Assembly: GCA_903874955.1 (NCBI GenBank)
Contig: CAIQTY010000025.1
Location: 8,034-72,033 of the forward strand
Source of the DNA: an uncultured Alphaproteobacteria bacterium
GTDB lineage: Bacteria > Pseudomonadota > Alphaproteobacteria > Paracaedibacterales > CAITNM01
Reading direction: 5' to 3'
Length of the DNA stretch: 64,000 nucleotides
Part shown: piece after piece, positions 1 through 9,614 of the stretch
Numbering within the stretch: the first letter of the stretch is position 1
How the letters are laid out: each line of letters begins with the position of its first letter
The notes under the pieces: model-generated
The model's input: the letters and a program-made list of their open reading frames with translations, nothing else
Told to the model about the DNA's origin: nothing
Databases searched by the model: none
Program-made: the position numbers and the translations under genes

Positions 1-1
1 T

Positions 2-496
2 TTAAGTGCCGTGTATTTTTTCCTTCCTGTTTTTTCAAATCAAAATAAGAAAAACAAATTTATCGATTTATTGGGATTATCTCCACTGCTGCTCATCCCT
101 GTACATAATCTTTATTTTGGTCACAAGTTTGTTTTGTTAACAACTGCGTCAACGATAGCAGAAAACATGCCTTTAACACCGAAAATGTAATGGGATGGCT
201 TGCTAGCATTATGCGGAATACTGCCAAAGTTTGAATGGGGTCAAAAATTTATCAATCAGTTCTATTTTCAGAATGGATTCACCATATTATTTTTAATGTC
301 TACAAATATGGTCATTGCTTTTAAATACAGACTGTCGAACAAAATAGGAAGCTTAGCAATTGCTTGTTTGTGTGGGCTTTGCCTGCACCTATTTTATTTA
401 GCTATTCCACGATACATTCAACCGTACACATTAATTTCGTGTTTTTTAATATTTACATGTTTGGTACAATATTGCTCATCACTAAGGTCTAGGTAA
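2..496 (+). pseudogene. Possible disrupted membrane-protein gene, with one in-frame TAA between an edge-truncated ORF and track ORF 200-496
   Basis: Manual translation from nt 2 gives 62 sense codons (LSAVYFFLPVF...LSPLLLIPVHNLYFGHKFVLLTTAS...PKM), then TAA at 188-190. WDG and the hydrophobic 98-aa ORF (TTG at 200) follow in the same frame. No family recognised, so this could equally be a true gene end followed by a spurious ORF. Confidence 0.25.
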
Positions 497-615
497 TTCT
501 GTCGAGACAAGATGGGAAAAACAATAGATTTGTGTTATTTGATAACTTTGCCGAGATCAAAGTGTTTAATGAGTCTTTTACAGAACTCAAAACCCCCTGA
601 AAGCGTTGTCCTAAT

Positions 616-691
616 TGGTGGGCCCTGAAGGATTCGAACCTTCGACCCCCTGATTAAAAGTCAGATGCTCTACCAACTGAGCTAAGGGCCC
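616..691 (-). tRNA. tRNA-Lys (anticodon UUU), CCA encoded
   Basis: The reverse complement reads GGGCCCTTAGCTCAGTTGGTAGAGCATCTGACTTTTAATCAGGGGGTCGAAGGTTCGAATCCTTCAGGGCCCACCA. It has a 7-bp acceptor stem (GGGCCCT/AGGGCCC), a GCTC/GAGC D-stem, anticodon loop CT-TTT-AA, a GGTTCGAATCC T-arm and a terminal ACCA. Length is 76 nt. Confidence 0.93.
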
Positions 692-725
692 CAACGGACT
701 TACTTATTTGTTTATAATGAATTAG

Positions 726-747
726 AGGTTGAAGGTCAACCTTTTTT
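726..747 (+). terminator. Hairpin plus T-run (aggttga-agg-tcaacct-ttttt) between tRNA-Lys and the RND operon
   Basis: 7-bp perfect stem at 726-732/736-742, 3-nt loop, then T5-6 on the + strand. It is unclear which upstream + strand transcript it would stop. Confidence 0.35.
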
Positions 748-845
748 CTGGCATATCTTTAAAGAAATTAGCTTTAAGAATTTATTAAAGTTCTTGTGCT
801 AAATTAAGACATTATATTAATACAATATAAAAGAAAAAAACAAAG

Positions 846-1991
846 ATGCGTTTATTTAAAATCATAAAAACTTTAAGTCCCAGTCAAATTGTTACAGCAG
901 TTTTAATTGCAATTATAGGTTTTTTGGGAATTTGGTTTATAGGTCTTCGTGTGGGCAAACCAGTGATGAGATCAATTTGCATAGCAGCTATGAGCACCGA
1001 TCGTAAAGTTGATCGTGAACAACGCTTGAGGGTCGTCGAAGCGCAAACGGTAAATTTAGGTACAGTAAGCAAGCGTATTAATACTGTTGGCCAAATGCGC
1101 GCAAATGCCGTTGTCCAAATCAAATCAGAAATCGCTGGAAGAATATCTGAAATCTTGTTTACAGAGGGAGGTCTCGTTAAAAAAGGAGATCTGATCATTC
1201 GCTTTGAGGATGCAGAATACCGTGCAGCTGTTCAAATCGCCGAGGGTGAATTTGAAAATGCAAAAGCTAATCTTGAGCGCATTACCAAGCTTTATGATCA
1301 AAAAGTTGAAAGTAATAAAAAGCTTGATGAAGCAGTAGCCCAGCTAAAAATCGCAGAAGGTAAACTTCTACAAGCAAAAGCAACCCTTGAAAAAGCCAAT
1401 ATTAAGGCCCCATTCGATGGCACCATCGGAATCATCAACATAAGCTCTGGTGCGTTTGTTCAAGGTGCTACAGAGCTGGTAACTATTGTTGATAACAAAG
1501 CAGTTAAAGTCACTTTTAAAGTTCCAGAAAAAAATATTCACGATATTGGCGTTGGGCAAGTTGTCGAAGTTAAAGTCAGCGCATTTAAAAACCAAGTCTT
1601 TACGGGAACAGTAGAAGCTGTTGACGCAAAAGTTGAAACTGAGAGCCACAGCGTTCAGGTAAAGGGTATCATCCCCAATCCAGATAACCTTCTTCGAGAG
1701 GGGCTATTTGCCAATGTAAGCCTGGTTATCGGCGAAAAAGGCGATACGATGACCGTGGATGAAGCTTGCGTCGAGCGCATGGGAGAAGTTGAATTTGTTT
1801 GGATTATAGAAAGAGGTCGTGCAGATCGCAGACGTGTGTTGACTGGATCAAGAGAAAACGGACAGGTAGAAATTGTTGCAGGACTTCAACCTGGTCAAAT
1901 TGTTGTAACTTCTGGTCAATTAAAACTGAGTGATGGAGCAAAAGTTAAGATCTCTAACATGCCAGATCCAGCAGCAAAAGTAATGCTATAA
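846..1991 (+). CDS. RND efflux membrane-fusion (periplasmic adaptor) protein, HlyD/AcrA family
   Basis: 381 aa with an N-terminal TM anchor and a lipoyl/coiled-coil/beta-barrel layout typical of the family (IKSEIAGRISEI...GDLIIRFED...A.A.L..A...L.R...L; KAPFDGTIG). It lies 10 nt upstream of an AcrB-type pump gene. Confidence 0.85.
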   Translation: MRLFKIIKTLSPSQIVTAVLIAIIGFLGIWFIGLRVGKPVMRSICIAAMSTDRKVDREQRLRVVEAQTVNLGTVSKRINTVGQMRANAVVQIKSEIAGRISEILFTEGGLVKKGDLIIRFEDAEYRAAVQIAEGEFENAKANLERITKLYDQKVESNKKLDEAVAQLKIAEGKLLQAKATLEKANIKAPFDGTIGIINISSGAFVQGATELVTIVDNKAVKVTFKVPEKNIHDIGVGQVVEVKVSAFKNQVFTGTVEAVDAKVETESHSVQVKGIIPNPDNLLREGLFANVSLVIGEKGDTMTVDEACVERMGEVEFVWIIERGRADRRRVLTGSRENGQVEIVAGLQPGQIVVTSGQLKLSDGAKVKISNMPDPAAKVML

Positions 1992-2000
1992 AGGGCTATC

Positions 2001-5000
2001 ATGCGTATTTCCGAAGTTTGTATCGAGCGTCCAGTTTTTGCATGGGTGATGACCCTTGTTCTGGTGCTACTTGGATTAGTTGGTGCTTATAGACTTCCTC
2101 TTCAACAATGGCCAACGATCGCTCGTCCGACGGTTACTATTGAATCCAATCTTTCGGGGGCAAGCCCTGAAGTTGTAGAAGTAAGCCTTACGCGTATTAT
2201 TGAAGAAGCTGTTGCTGGTGTTGAAGGCATTGACCACATGGAATCAATCAGCAACTCCGAAGAGTCGAAGGTTATTATTGAATTTCGCCCTGAGCGCAAA
2301 ATGGAAGATGCCATTAACGATATCCGAGACCGCCTGGCGAAAAGCCAAGATAAACTCCCCCCAGATGCGACTCAGCCAATTTTAACAAAATCTCGCGCTG
2401 AAGACAGGGCGATCATCACGTTAGCACTTACTTCATCAACGCTTGATACCGGTGAGCTGCATGATTTTGCCAAGCGCGAACTAGAAAAAGACCTAGAAGC
2501 TGTAAGTGGTGCAGCACGCGTTGATATTTTAGGTGCAGCAGAATACGTTATGCGCGTTTATTTAAACCCCTTAAGCCTTGCCGCTTATGGGATAACAGTT
2601 TCAGAAGTTCTACACCAAATTAAAAAACAAAATATTGAAAAGCCAGCAGGAAAGCTAATCTCAAAAGATCGTGAGTATTCGGTCACTACAGTTGCATCCT
2701 TAGAAAAGCCTGAAGAATTTGAAAATCTTGTCGTTGCAAACAAAAAAGAATTCCTTGTTCGTCTACGTGACATAGGTAGGGCAGAAATTGATTCCGATGA
2801 CAAAAAAACAAAAACGTTTTTTAACGGTAATGCTGGTGTGAGTATAGGTGTTGTAAAGCAATCTAATGCAAATCCTATTGAAGTTGCCCGCGGCGTAAAA
2901 GCGGTTGTTGAAAAAGTTAAAAAGCACTTGCCAGAAAATATCACCATTCACATCGCAAGCGATACAACAACATTTATTGAACGGGCTATAAACGAAGTTT
3001 ATCGAACCCTTTTCGAAGCAACGATGTTGGTAATTTTGGTTGTGGTTTTCTTCCTGCGTTCTATTAGGGCATCGATTATACCGCTGGTTACAATTCCAGT
3101 TTCGTTGATTGGTGCATTATTCTTAATGTACCTACTCAATTTCACCTTAAACTCCCTAACTCTAATGGCAATGGTTTTGGCTATCGGTTTGGTAGTTGAC
3201 GATGCCATCGTCGTGCTTGAAAACGTGCATAGAAATCGTGAATTAGGCATGAAGCCTTTTGAAGCTGCTTATAAAGGTATTCGTGAAATCAGTTTTTCCA
3301 TCGTTGCGATGACCCTAACCCTTGTTGCGGTGTATGCTCCAATTTCTTTAGCAAATGGACGCATTGGTAAATACTTAACAGAATTCTCTATTACCCTGGC
3401 TGGAGCAGTTTTATTATCTGGGTTTGCGGCACTTACTCTTTCGCCAATGATGTGTGCACGCATGCTGGGAGATAATGATGATCACTCTCCTAAGGAAACT
3501 CCTAAAAAAGACAACCCTTCCCTTTGGCACAAATTTAAAGACTATTTTTTAACCGATACTTGGATGATGGATCTTGAAGTTAAATACGAGCGCGCTTTAA
3601 ATAAGCTTATGCCAAAACGTTTATGGGTTGCTTTAGGCGCAGTTGGAATTGCTTGCATCGGTTATGCACTGCACCAGTATTTGCCAGCAGAAACTGCTCC
3701 CTATGAAGATCAAGGGAGCATTAGAATTGAAGGACAAGCTCCTCAAAGCTCCACCCTTGGCTACACCGAGCGATATGTTCGCATGCTTGATGAAGTCATT
3801 AGCAAGATTTCATCTGTAGAACGACGCGTGATTAACATCACGAACCCTACATTTGAAGGATCAATTCAGTTAAAATCAGCTTCAGAGCGGACTCAGAGCA
3901 CAGAAGAAATTGCTGCTCAGCTGAGAGAAAATTTAGCTGAAATTACGGGTATTGAGACAAAAATTGACTCAGGTGGCGGTGGTGGAAGCAGTGATAGCGG
4001 TCGTATTGTTGACTTTGTCATCCGTGCGAATAAATCTTATCCAGAACTTCAGGCTATGGCTCAAAATCTTCACTATGAGCTAAGTACATCTGGATTTTTT
4101 AAACATATCTTTACCGATTTACGCGGCGACGTAATTGACTATACAGTTACCGTTTTACGCGATCGGTTATCTTCACTAAACATAGAGCCCGATGCAATTG
4201 CTGAAACAATTGACACCCTTATTCGCGGCCGTAAGGCGAATACGTTTAAGAAAGAAAGCAAAACCTACGAAGTTAGGGTTCAGGTTGAAAATGCCGCTCG
4301 CCAAAACCCAGATGATATCATGAACCTGTTCGTCAAAGCTGGCGATAGAGATGGCACTCTGGTACCATTATCTGAACTTGTTATTGTAAACTCACGGGCA
4401 GGACCGGTTGAAATTCGCCGAACTGATCGTGCTCGTTCAGTGATGCTTTCTGGTGAATTAAAGCCTGAATACAGTATGAAAGACGGTATTAAAATAGTTG
4501 AATCAATAGCAAAAGATTTAACAACAACAGACTACAGAATAAGCTTCATGAATGAAGCCAAACGGTTCTTAACTGAGGGACCAATGATGCAGTTGGTTTT
4601 TGGTTTAGCGATTGCGTTTATTTACTTGATCATGGCAGCTCAGTTTGAAAGCTGGCGCGATCCGTTCATTATTATGTTAAGTGTTCCGTTGTCCCTAACG
4701 GGCGCGGTGATGACCTTGGCTTTCCTTGAAAAGGGAAGCTTGAACCTGTATTCAGAAATTGGACTTGTCACCCTTATTGGTTTGATTACTAAACATGGTA
4801 TTTTAATGGTCACTTTCGCCAACCAGTTGCGCGATGAAGAAGGTGCAGGCATTGACGATGCAATTATGCGTGCGTGTAAAATCCGTCTGCGTCCTATTTT
4901 GATGACAACCTTTGCGATGGTTTTGGGCGCCCTGCCCCTAGCACTTGCAACCGGTGCAGGTGCAGAAAGCCGTAGACAGCTCGGCTGGGTTATAGTTGGT

Positions 5001-5102
5001 GGTATGACAATCGGAACAATATTCACCCTATTTGTGATTCCGGCGTTTTACAGCTACTTTACAAAGACCAACAGAGAAGCATTAAAAATTAACGTTGCAT
5101 AA
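2001..5102 (+). CDS. RND family efflux transporter permease (AcrB/AcrD/AcrF-type)
   Basis: 1033 aa with a 12-TM/2 large-loop layout. Family signatures include ERPVFAWVMTLVLVLLG, LAIGLVVDDAIVVLENV and GLVTLIGLITKHGILMV. No outer-membrane factor gene is adjacent. Confidence 0.93.
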   Translation: MRISEVCIERPVFAWVMTLVLVLLGLVGAYRLPLQQWPTIARPTVTIESNLSGASPEVVEVSLTRIIEEAVAGVEGIDHMESISNSEESKVIIEFRPERKMEDAINDIRDRLAKSQDKLPPDATQPILTKSRAEDRAIITLALTSSTLDTGELHDFAKRELEKDLEAVSGAARVDILGAAEYVMRVYLNPLSLAAYGITVSEVLHQIKKQNIEKPAGKLISKDREYSVTTVASLEKPEEFENLVVANKKEFLVRLRDIGRAEIDSDDKKTKTFFNGNAGVSIGVVKQSNANPIEVARGVKAVVEKVKKHLPENITIHIASDTTTFIERAINEVYRTLFEATMLVILVVVFFLRSIRASIIPLVTIPVSLIGALFLMYLLNFTLNSLTLMAMVLAIGLVVDDAIVVLENVHRNRELGMKPFEAAYKGIREISFSIVAMTLTLVAVYAPISLANGRIGKYLTEFSITLAGAVLLSGFAALTLSPMMCARMLGDNDDHSPKETPKKDNPSLWHKFKDYFLTDTWMMDLEVKYERALNKLMPKRLWVALGAVGIACIGYALHQYLPAETAPYEDQGSIRIEGQAPQSSTLGYTERYVRMLDEVISKISSVERRVINITNPTFEGSIQLKSASERTQSTEEIAAQLRENLAEITGIETKIDSGGGGGSSDSGRIVDFVIRANKSYPELQAMAQNLHYELSTSGFFKHIFTDLRGDVIDYTVTVLRDRLSSLNIEPDAIAETIDTLIRGRKANTFKKESKTYEVRVQVENAARQNPDDIMNLFVKAGDRDGTLVPLSELVIVNSRAGPVEIRRTDRARSVMLSGELKPEYSMKDGIKIVESIAKDLTTTDYRISFMNEAKRFLTEGPMMQLVFGLAIAFIYLIMAAQFESWRDPFIIMLSVPLSLTGAVMTLAFLEKGSLNLYSEIGLVTLIGLITKHGILMVTFANQLRDEEGAGIDDAIMRACKIRLRPILMTTFAMVLGALPLALATGAGAESRRQLGWVIVGGMTIGTIFTLFVIPAFYSYFTKTNREALKINVA

Positions 5103-5856
5103 AGTTCCCCAACTATTCGCCAATAATCTTTTGAAGTTTAGGAGTGATCATAAGGCTTTTGTTAGCCTTAAGGATCTTTTGTTTACAATTTTGCAGGAAC
5201 GGCTGAATTTCTTTTCAAGAAAATTTCAGGTGCAAGCATGCCATAGTTTGACGGAATGCCACCTAGATAATAATCCGATTAAAATTGACCTAGAATCACT
5301 TCCTTTTACCCACCAGAGCCTTGATTTGGCTTTAAGTGCCGGACCGCTGATGTTTACTAATGATGTACCAGGGGTCTTAAAACAATGGTACGCAGCTATA
5401 AAACCAGGTGGTATTTTTATGGCTTCTTTCTTCGGGGAAGACACTTTAAGCGAATTGAAAAATTGTATTCTAAATGTGGAAGAATCCTTGAAAATCCCTC
5501 ACGCTTTAAGATTTTTCCCAACGATTGCTACCAAAGACGCTGGCATGCTAATGCAACGGGCAGGATTTCATCTACCAACTTCTGATCGAACACGTTATGT
5601 TTTTGAAGTAAAAAATCTAAGAGAACTATTAAGCATTCTAAAAGCAATGGCGGGAAATATATTGTATGAAAAATCTAAAGCCCAACTCAGCAAAGATTTT
5701 TTTAAACGCGTAGAAGAAGAATATTACGTGCGCTATCCGCTTAATGCTGGTTTAAAAGTAACCACTGATATTGTTTGCATGACAGGATGGGCAATTGAAC
5801 GTTATGCTGAAGAACGAATTCAACAAAATACAAAAAAAAATATAGGATATTTATGA
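5095..5856 (+). CDS. NDUFAF5/BioC-like class I methyltransferase homolog with the glycine-rich motif I region missing
   Basis: TTG start overlapping the acrB stop. The post-motif-I part is clear (SLDLALSAGPLMFTNDVPGVLKQWYAAIKPGGIFMASFFGEDTLSELK...MLMQRAGF...TDIVCMTGWA). Between FFSRKF and ESLPF only about 22 aa remain, and there is no LDxGxGxG. Confidence 0.6.
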   Translation: MHKVPQLFANNLLKFRSDHKAFVSLKDLLFTILQERLNFFSRKFQVQACHSLTECHLDNNPIKIDLESLPFTHQSLDLALSAGPLMFTNDVPGVLKQWYAAIKPGGIFMASFFGEDTLSELKNCILNVEESLKIPHALRFFPTIATKDAGMLMQRAGFHLPTSDRTRYVFEVKNLRELLSILKAMAGNILYEKSKAQLSKDFFKRVEEEYYVRYPLNAGLKVTTDIVCMTGWAIERYAEERIQQNTKKNIGYL

Positions 5857-7109
5857 TTAGAACAACTACCTTAGCAAATGGCCTCAGGATTGCCAGCGAC
5901 ACCATAGAACACGTCGAAACCGTTGCCCTAGGGGTTTGGCTGAATATCGGAACACGGCATGAGAAAAAATCAGAAAATGGCATTGCCCATATGCTTGAAC
6001 ACATGGCATTTAAAGGTACAAAAAATCGAACGGCATTAGATATATCAAAAGCTATCGAAGACGTAGGCGGTTATATGAATGCCTACACGTCACGCGAAAT
6101 GACAGCCTATTATGTACGCGTTCTGCGCAAAGACGTTGAACTGGCTGTTGATATTTTGTCGGATATTTTACAGAACTCAGTTTTTGACGCGGCAGAATTT
6201 GAGAGAGAACAAGGGGTTATCTTGCAGGAAATCGGCCGTTCAAACGATACGCCCGATGACGTTGTTTTTGATTATTTTCAAGAAACCTGTTTCGGTGACC
6301 ACCCCATGGGCTGGGCAACTCTTGGCACGGAAGACATTATAAAATCTCTCACTCCCGAGGCCGTCAAAGCCTACATGGACCGTCACTACGGGGTCAAAAA
6401 TATGGTATTTTGCGCTGCAGGACGAGTAGATCACGATGAATTATCTGGTCTTGTTGAAAAATATTTTACAAACCTATCCGATAAGGGCGATCAAACTCCC
6501 CTACCCGCCCAATATGTTGGAGGAGACTTCAGAGAATCTAAGGAATTAGAACAAGTTCATGTTGTGCTTGGGCTTCCGACAGTCAGCATGTTTGATGAAA
6601 CCTATTATGATTATATGATTTTAGCATCCATTTTGGGCGGCGGCATGGCATCGCGCTTGTTCAACGAAATTCGTGAAAAACGCGGGCTTGTTTATACTAT
6701 CTCAGCTGACCAATATAGCTATACAGATGCCGGCATGTTTAGTGTTTACGCAGGAACTGGGCCAAAGGAAGTTGCTGAATTACTTCCAGTTGTATGCAGT
6801 GAACTTAAAAAAGCCACTGATACCATTACGGAAGAGGAATTAAATCGTTCAAAAAATCAGATGCAGGCTGGCCTTTTGATGGGACTTGAAAGTACGTCTC
6901 ATCGCTGTGAACGACTTGCCAAACATATGCATCTTTTTGGCCGCTCAATTGCGATGGAAGAGGTTTTGCAAAAGCTTAGCCGCGTAAGTGTACAAAGCGT
7001 TCAGGCTGCTTGCCAAAAAGTATTATCAGGGAAACCAACCCTTACAACCCTTGGATTAGTTGATCATGTCATGCCCTATGACGAGCTAGTCAAAAATTTG
7101 GCTGCATAG
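5853..7109 (+). CDS. M16 family zinc peptidase (mitochondrial-processing-peptidase-like)
   Basis: 418 aa with the inverted zincin motif HMLEHMAFKGT (HxxEH) and a downstream EREQGVILQE glutamate. ATGA overlap with the upstream gene. Confidence 0.9.
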   Translation: MIRTTTLANGLRIASDTIEHVETVALGVWLNIGTRHEKKSENGIAHMLEHMAFKGTKNRTALDISKAIEDVGGYMNAYTSREMTAYYVRVLRKDVELAVDILSDILQNSVFDAAEFEREQGVILQEIGRSNDTPDDVVFDYFQETCFGDHPMGWATLGTEDIIKSLTPEAVKAYMDRHYGVKNMVFCAAGRVDHDELSGLVEKYFTNLSDKGDQTPLPAQYVGGDFRESKELEQVHVVLGLPTVSMFDETYYDYMILASILGGGMASRLFNEIREKRGLVYTISADQYSYTDAGMFSVYAGTGPKEVAELLPVVCSELKKATDTITEEELNRSKNQMQAGLLMGLESTSHRCERLAKHMHLFGRSIAMEEVLQKLSRVSVQSVQAACQKVLSGKPTLTTLGLVDHVMPYDELVKNLAA

Positions 7110-7150
7110 AGTATTGAGCCAGACTCAAGATAATAAACAAGAATCTAAAG

Positions 7151-7184
7151 CCTTCCATCAGAAAAACAGATAGGAAGGTTTTTT
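7151..7184 (+). terminator. Hairpin plus T6 downstream of the M16 peptidase gene, in the convergent gap with the MCP gene
   Basis: ccttcc (7151-7156) pairs with ggaagg (7173-7178), with a 16-nt loop, then tttttt at 7179-7184. Confidence 0.45.
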
Positions 7185-7192
7185 CCTAATAC

Positions 7193-8887
7193 TTAAGAAG
7201 AAAACTCAGCAGCTAAGTTTTGCAGCTTTTCGGTTTGGTTTTTTATTTGTTCCTTAAACAGATATGAAATTTTTTTATTATTTTCAATAAGGGACCGATT
7301 AATTGCGTTTAATTGGTCTATCTCTTTAACAAGATTATTAATTGTCATCAAACCGGAGGATTGCTCCAGTGAAGACACTGCTATCTTTTGAATCGATTCT
7401 GAAGAGTCATTTGTTACTTCAGCAATATTTTTAAGCGCTTTACCTGTGTTATTAACTGAAGCAGCGCCAAGAACAACTTCCTCTTTACTTTTTGAAATGA
7501 GGGCCTTAATTTCTTTTGAAGCTTTACTTGATCTATCAGCCAAGCTGCGCACTTCACTAGCCACAACGGCGAATCCTTTTCCTGCCTCGCCTGCCCTTGC
7601 TGCTTCTACGGAAGCATTCAAGGAAAGTAAGTTTGTTTGAAATGCAATTTCATCGATTACATTGGTGATATTTGAAATATTTTCAGAAGAGTCTGATATT
7701 CTTTGCAGACCATCGATTGCTTCATCCACAATAGCATTAGCATTGTCGGTAATTTCTTTATTTGTCTGGGATAATTCTTTTGCATGTTCAACATTTTGAT
7801 TGTTTTCATTAATTAAACTTGATACTTGTTCCATGGTAATGACAGCATCGTGAATTTTCTCTGATTGATGCTGCATACTTTCAAGAATCTCTTCACTCTT
7901 ATTTGATATGTCTTCTGCCCCCTTTGTAACGGTCATTGTCACTTCAGAAATACCTGATACAACATTTTTCAGTGTTTCTAAGGTTTTGTTTATATCTTGT
8001 TTTAAGTCAGAAAATGTTCCCCTACACTCTGCAGTAATTTGAGCTGATAAATCCCCTTTTGCAACTGCTTGAATAACATGGGATATATCCATAACGGTAT
8101 TACTTATTGATTCCATAACTTGGTTGATTCCTGTAACCAACTTTAAAATAAAACCTTCTTTTCCTTGAAGGGGAATCCTTCTAGATAATTCTAAATCAGA
8201 TAACTGGCTCAATATGGTTTCAATTTCGGCGTAAATTTCCTTTTCCTTTTCTTTTAGGGAATGTTCTTTCTTATTTTTTTCTTCTTGCTGTTTTTCAAGT
8301 TCTCTTTGAGCTTTTTCTTTTTCCATCGATTCCTGTAGTGCCTTCATAGAAACATGATTTCTCTTGATCAGGTCACATAAATAGTTTGTTAAAACGATAA
8401 GTATTCCGCATTCTACAATAACAATTACTGCATGAAGTACGACTCGTATGAAACTTGCTTCAGGAAAAACGGCATAAGAAAAACTAAAATTTAATAAAAG
8501 ATGATGAATTGCTGTTAGCAGTGCTGCTGACAGAATGACCAGCGGATCACAAAAAAATGTTAGCATCGCAAAATTCGCAAAATAATACATATGCATATCG
8601 ATTTGCCAACTACCCCTCATTTGATATACAAGCAAAGAGGTAAGAGCAATAATTGAACTAGCAGTTAAGTATCTAAAAGTTTTTGAATCTCCAGCTTTAG
8701 CAATACCTAATTTCAGAGCGAGTGCTACAGGAACCGCAGAGATGAAAAAGCTTATGATTGTTTCATACAAACAAGAATTACCCGAAAACCAGCCAGCAAA
8801 TAAAACTAAAGGTGGGTGACATAAAAGAAACCATACATAAAAAAAGCTAGCTTTTTGCCTTATTTTCGATAATTCTTCATGATGCAT
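7193..8887 (-). CDS. Methyl-accepting chemotaxis protein with a polytopic N-terminal membrane module
   Basis: 564 aa. The C-terminal signalling domain has the highly conserved hairpin tip [46 protein letters not shown]-like segment and coiled coil precede it. The first ~175 aa form about 6 hydrophobic helices with no large periplasmic loop. Confidence 0.9.
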   Translation of the reverse strand: MHHEELSKIRQKASFFYVWFLLCHPPLVLFAGWFSGNSCLYETIISFFISAVPVALALKLGIAKAGDSKTFRYLTASSIIALTSLLVYQMRGSWQIDMHMYYFANFAMLTFFCDPLVILSAALLTAIHHLLLNFSFSYAVFPEASFIRVVLHAVIVIVECGILIVLTNYLCDLIKRNHVSMKALQESMEKEKAQRELEKQQEEKNKKEHSLKEKEKEIYAEIETILSQLSDLELSRRIPLQGKEGFILKLVTGINQVMESISNTVMDISHVIQAVAKGDLSAQITAECRGTFSDLKQDINKTLETLKNVVSGISEVTMTVTKGAEDISNKSEEILESMQHQSEKIHDAVITMEQVSSLINENNQNVEHAKELSQTNKEITDNANAIVDEAIDGLQRISDSSENISNITNVIDEIAFQTNLLSLNASVEAARAGEAGKGFAVVASEVRSLADRSSKASKEIKALISKSKEEVVLGAASVNNTGKALKNIAEVTNDSSESIQKIAVSSLEQSSGLMTINNLVKEIDQLNAINRSLIENNKKISYLFKEQIKNQTEKLQNLAAEFSS

Positions 8888-8900
8888 TACTTACCTCATA

Positions 8901-9263
8901 TTAATTAAAAGATTCGTTTAATCTTAAATTTTTCAGATTTGGTCGAGGTGCAGTAGGATCAAAGCAACCTTCAGCAGAGCCTGCATTAAAAACAATTAAA
9001 GCCCCAGAGTTCAATGTTTTGTAGATAATATCTGGATCATCGGAACGATATACAACAACGTTGTTCCATCTTCCATAGCGCAAGGGATATCCGCCTATTT
9101 TCATAATTGAGAGAACAGGGTCAATGTTTGGTTTATATACTGCGATCAGGGATGCGCTAGGATCTGGTTTTAGAATCATCACCAGTAAAACCAACAAAAT
9201 AAAAAAGTTAAAAATTATTATGAATATTTTTGAACTTAATTTTTCATCAAAATAAAATTTCAT
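8901..9263 (-). CDS. Hypothetical small membrane-anchored protein, apparently co-transcribed with the MCP gene
   Basis: 120 aa with one N-terminal TM (IFIIIFNFFILLVLLVMIL) followed by a ~90-aa soluble domain. Its stop is 13 nt upstream of the MCP start. No family recognised. Confidence 0.45.
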   Translation of the reverse strand: MKFYFDEKLSSKIFIIIFNFFILLVLLVMILKPDPSASLIAVYKPNIDPVLSIMKIGGYPLRYGRWNNVVVYRSDDPDIIYKTLNSGALIVFNAGSAEGCFDPTAPRPNLKNLRLNESFN

Positions 9264-9614
9264 TGGAAATCATACCGCACAACATAGACTTTATTTTAAA
9301 ATCAAAAAATTAAAATAACATTAATTTAAAATTATAATTATCTATTAATTATTTTTTAGATGTCTATTTGAACGGAACTAGATTTTTAAAAATTGTTTTT
9401 GATGAAAGCTTTCGCTCAATTTCTGATAGTAGTTGTGCTCACATTAAAGACTTTGGCTAGCACGTTTACGCCGTGCTTTTAGCTAAAACAATTGCACGTA
9501 GCTATCGCTGCTCGATTGTCTTGGCTTAGATCTTTCAAACTTTCTAATACTTTTTCTTAGAATTATTCAGTAATTATTTGTGATGCTAAACCTATAAATT
9601 ATTATTATTTTAAA

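Noticed and set aside
497-845. tRNA-Lys considered as an integration hotspot, with a genomic island to its left or right.
   Set aside because: There is no integrase, no direct repeat of the tRNA 3' end in the window, and the adjacent RND operon looks native in composition. Only the weak in-frame-stop observation at 2-496 remains.
2102-5026. Multiple 60-130-aa ORFs in the track that are antisense to or out of frame with the AcrB-type gene. Similar ones lie inside mfd (35767-35985, 37182-37487, 37498-37917, 37772-38062), uvrD, lpdA, murJ and other genes.
   Set aside because: They lie wholly within long, motif-rich genes. Their composition is low-complexity or skewed and they carry no recognisable motifs. 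They are typical shadow ORFs of AT-rich genomes.
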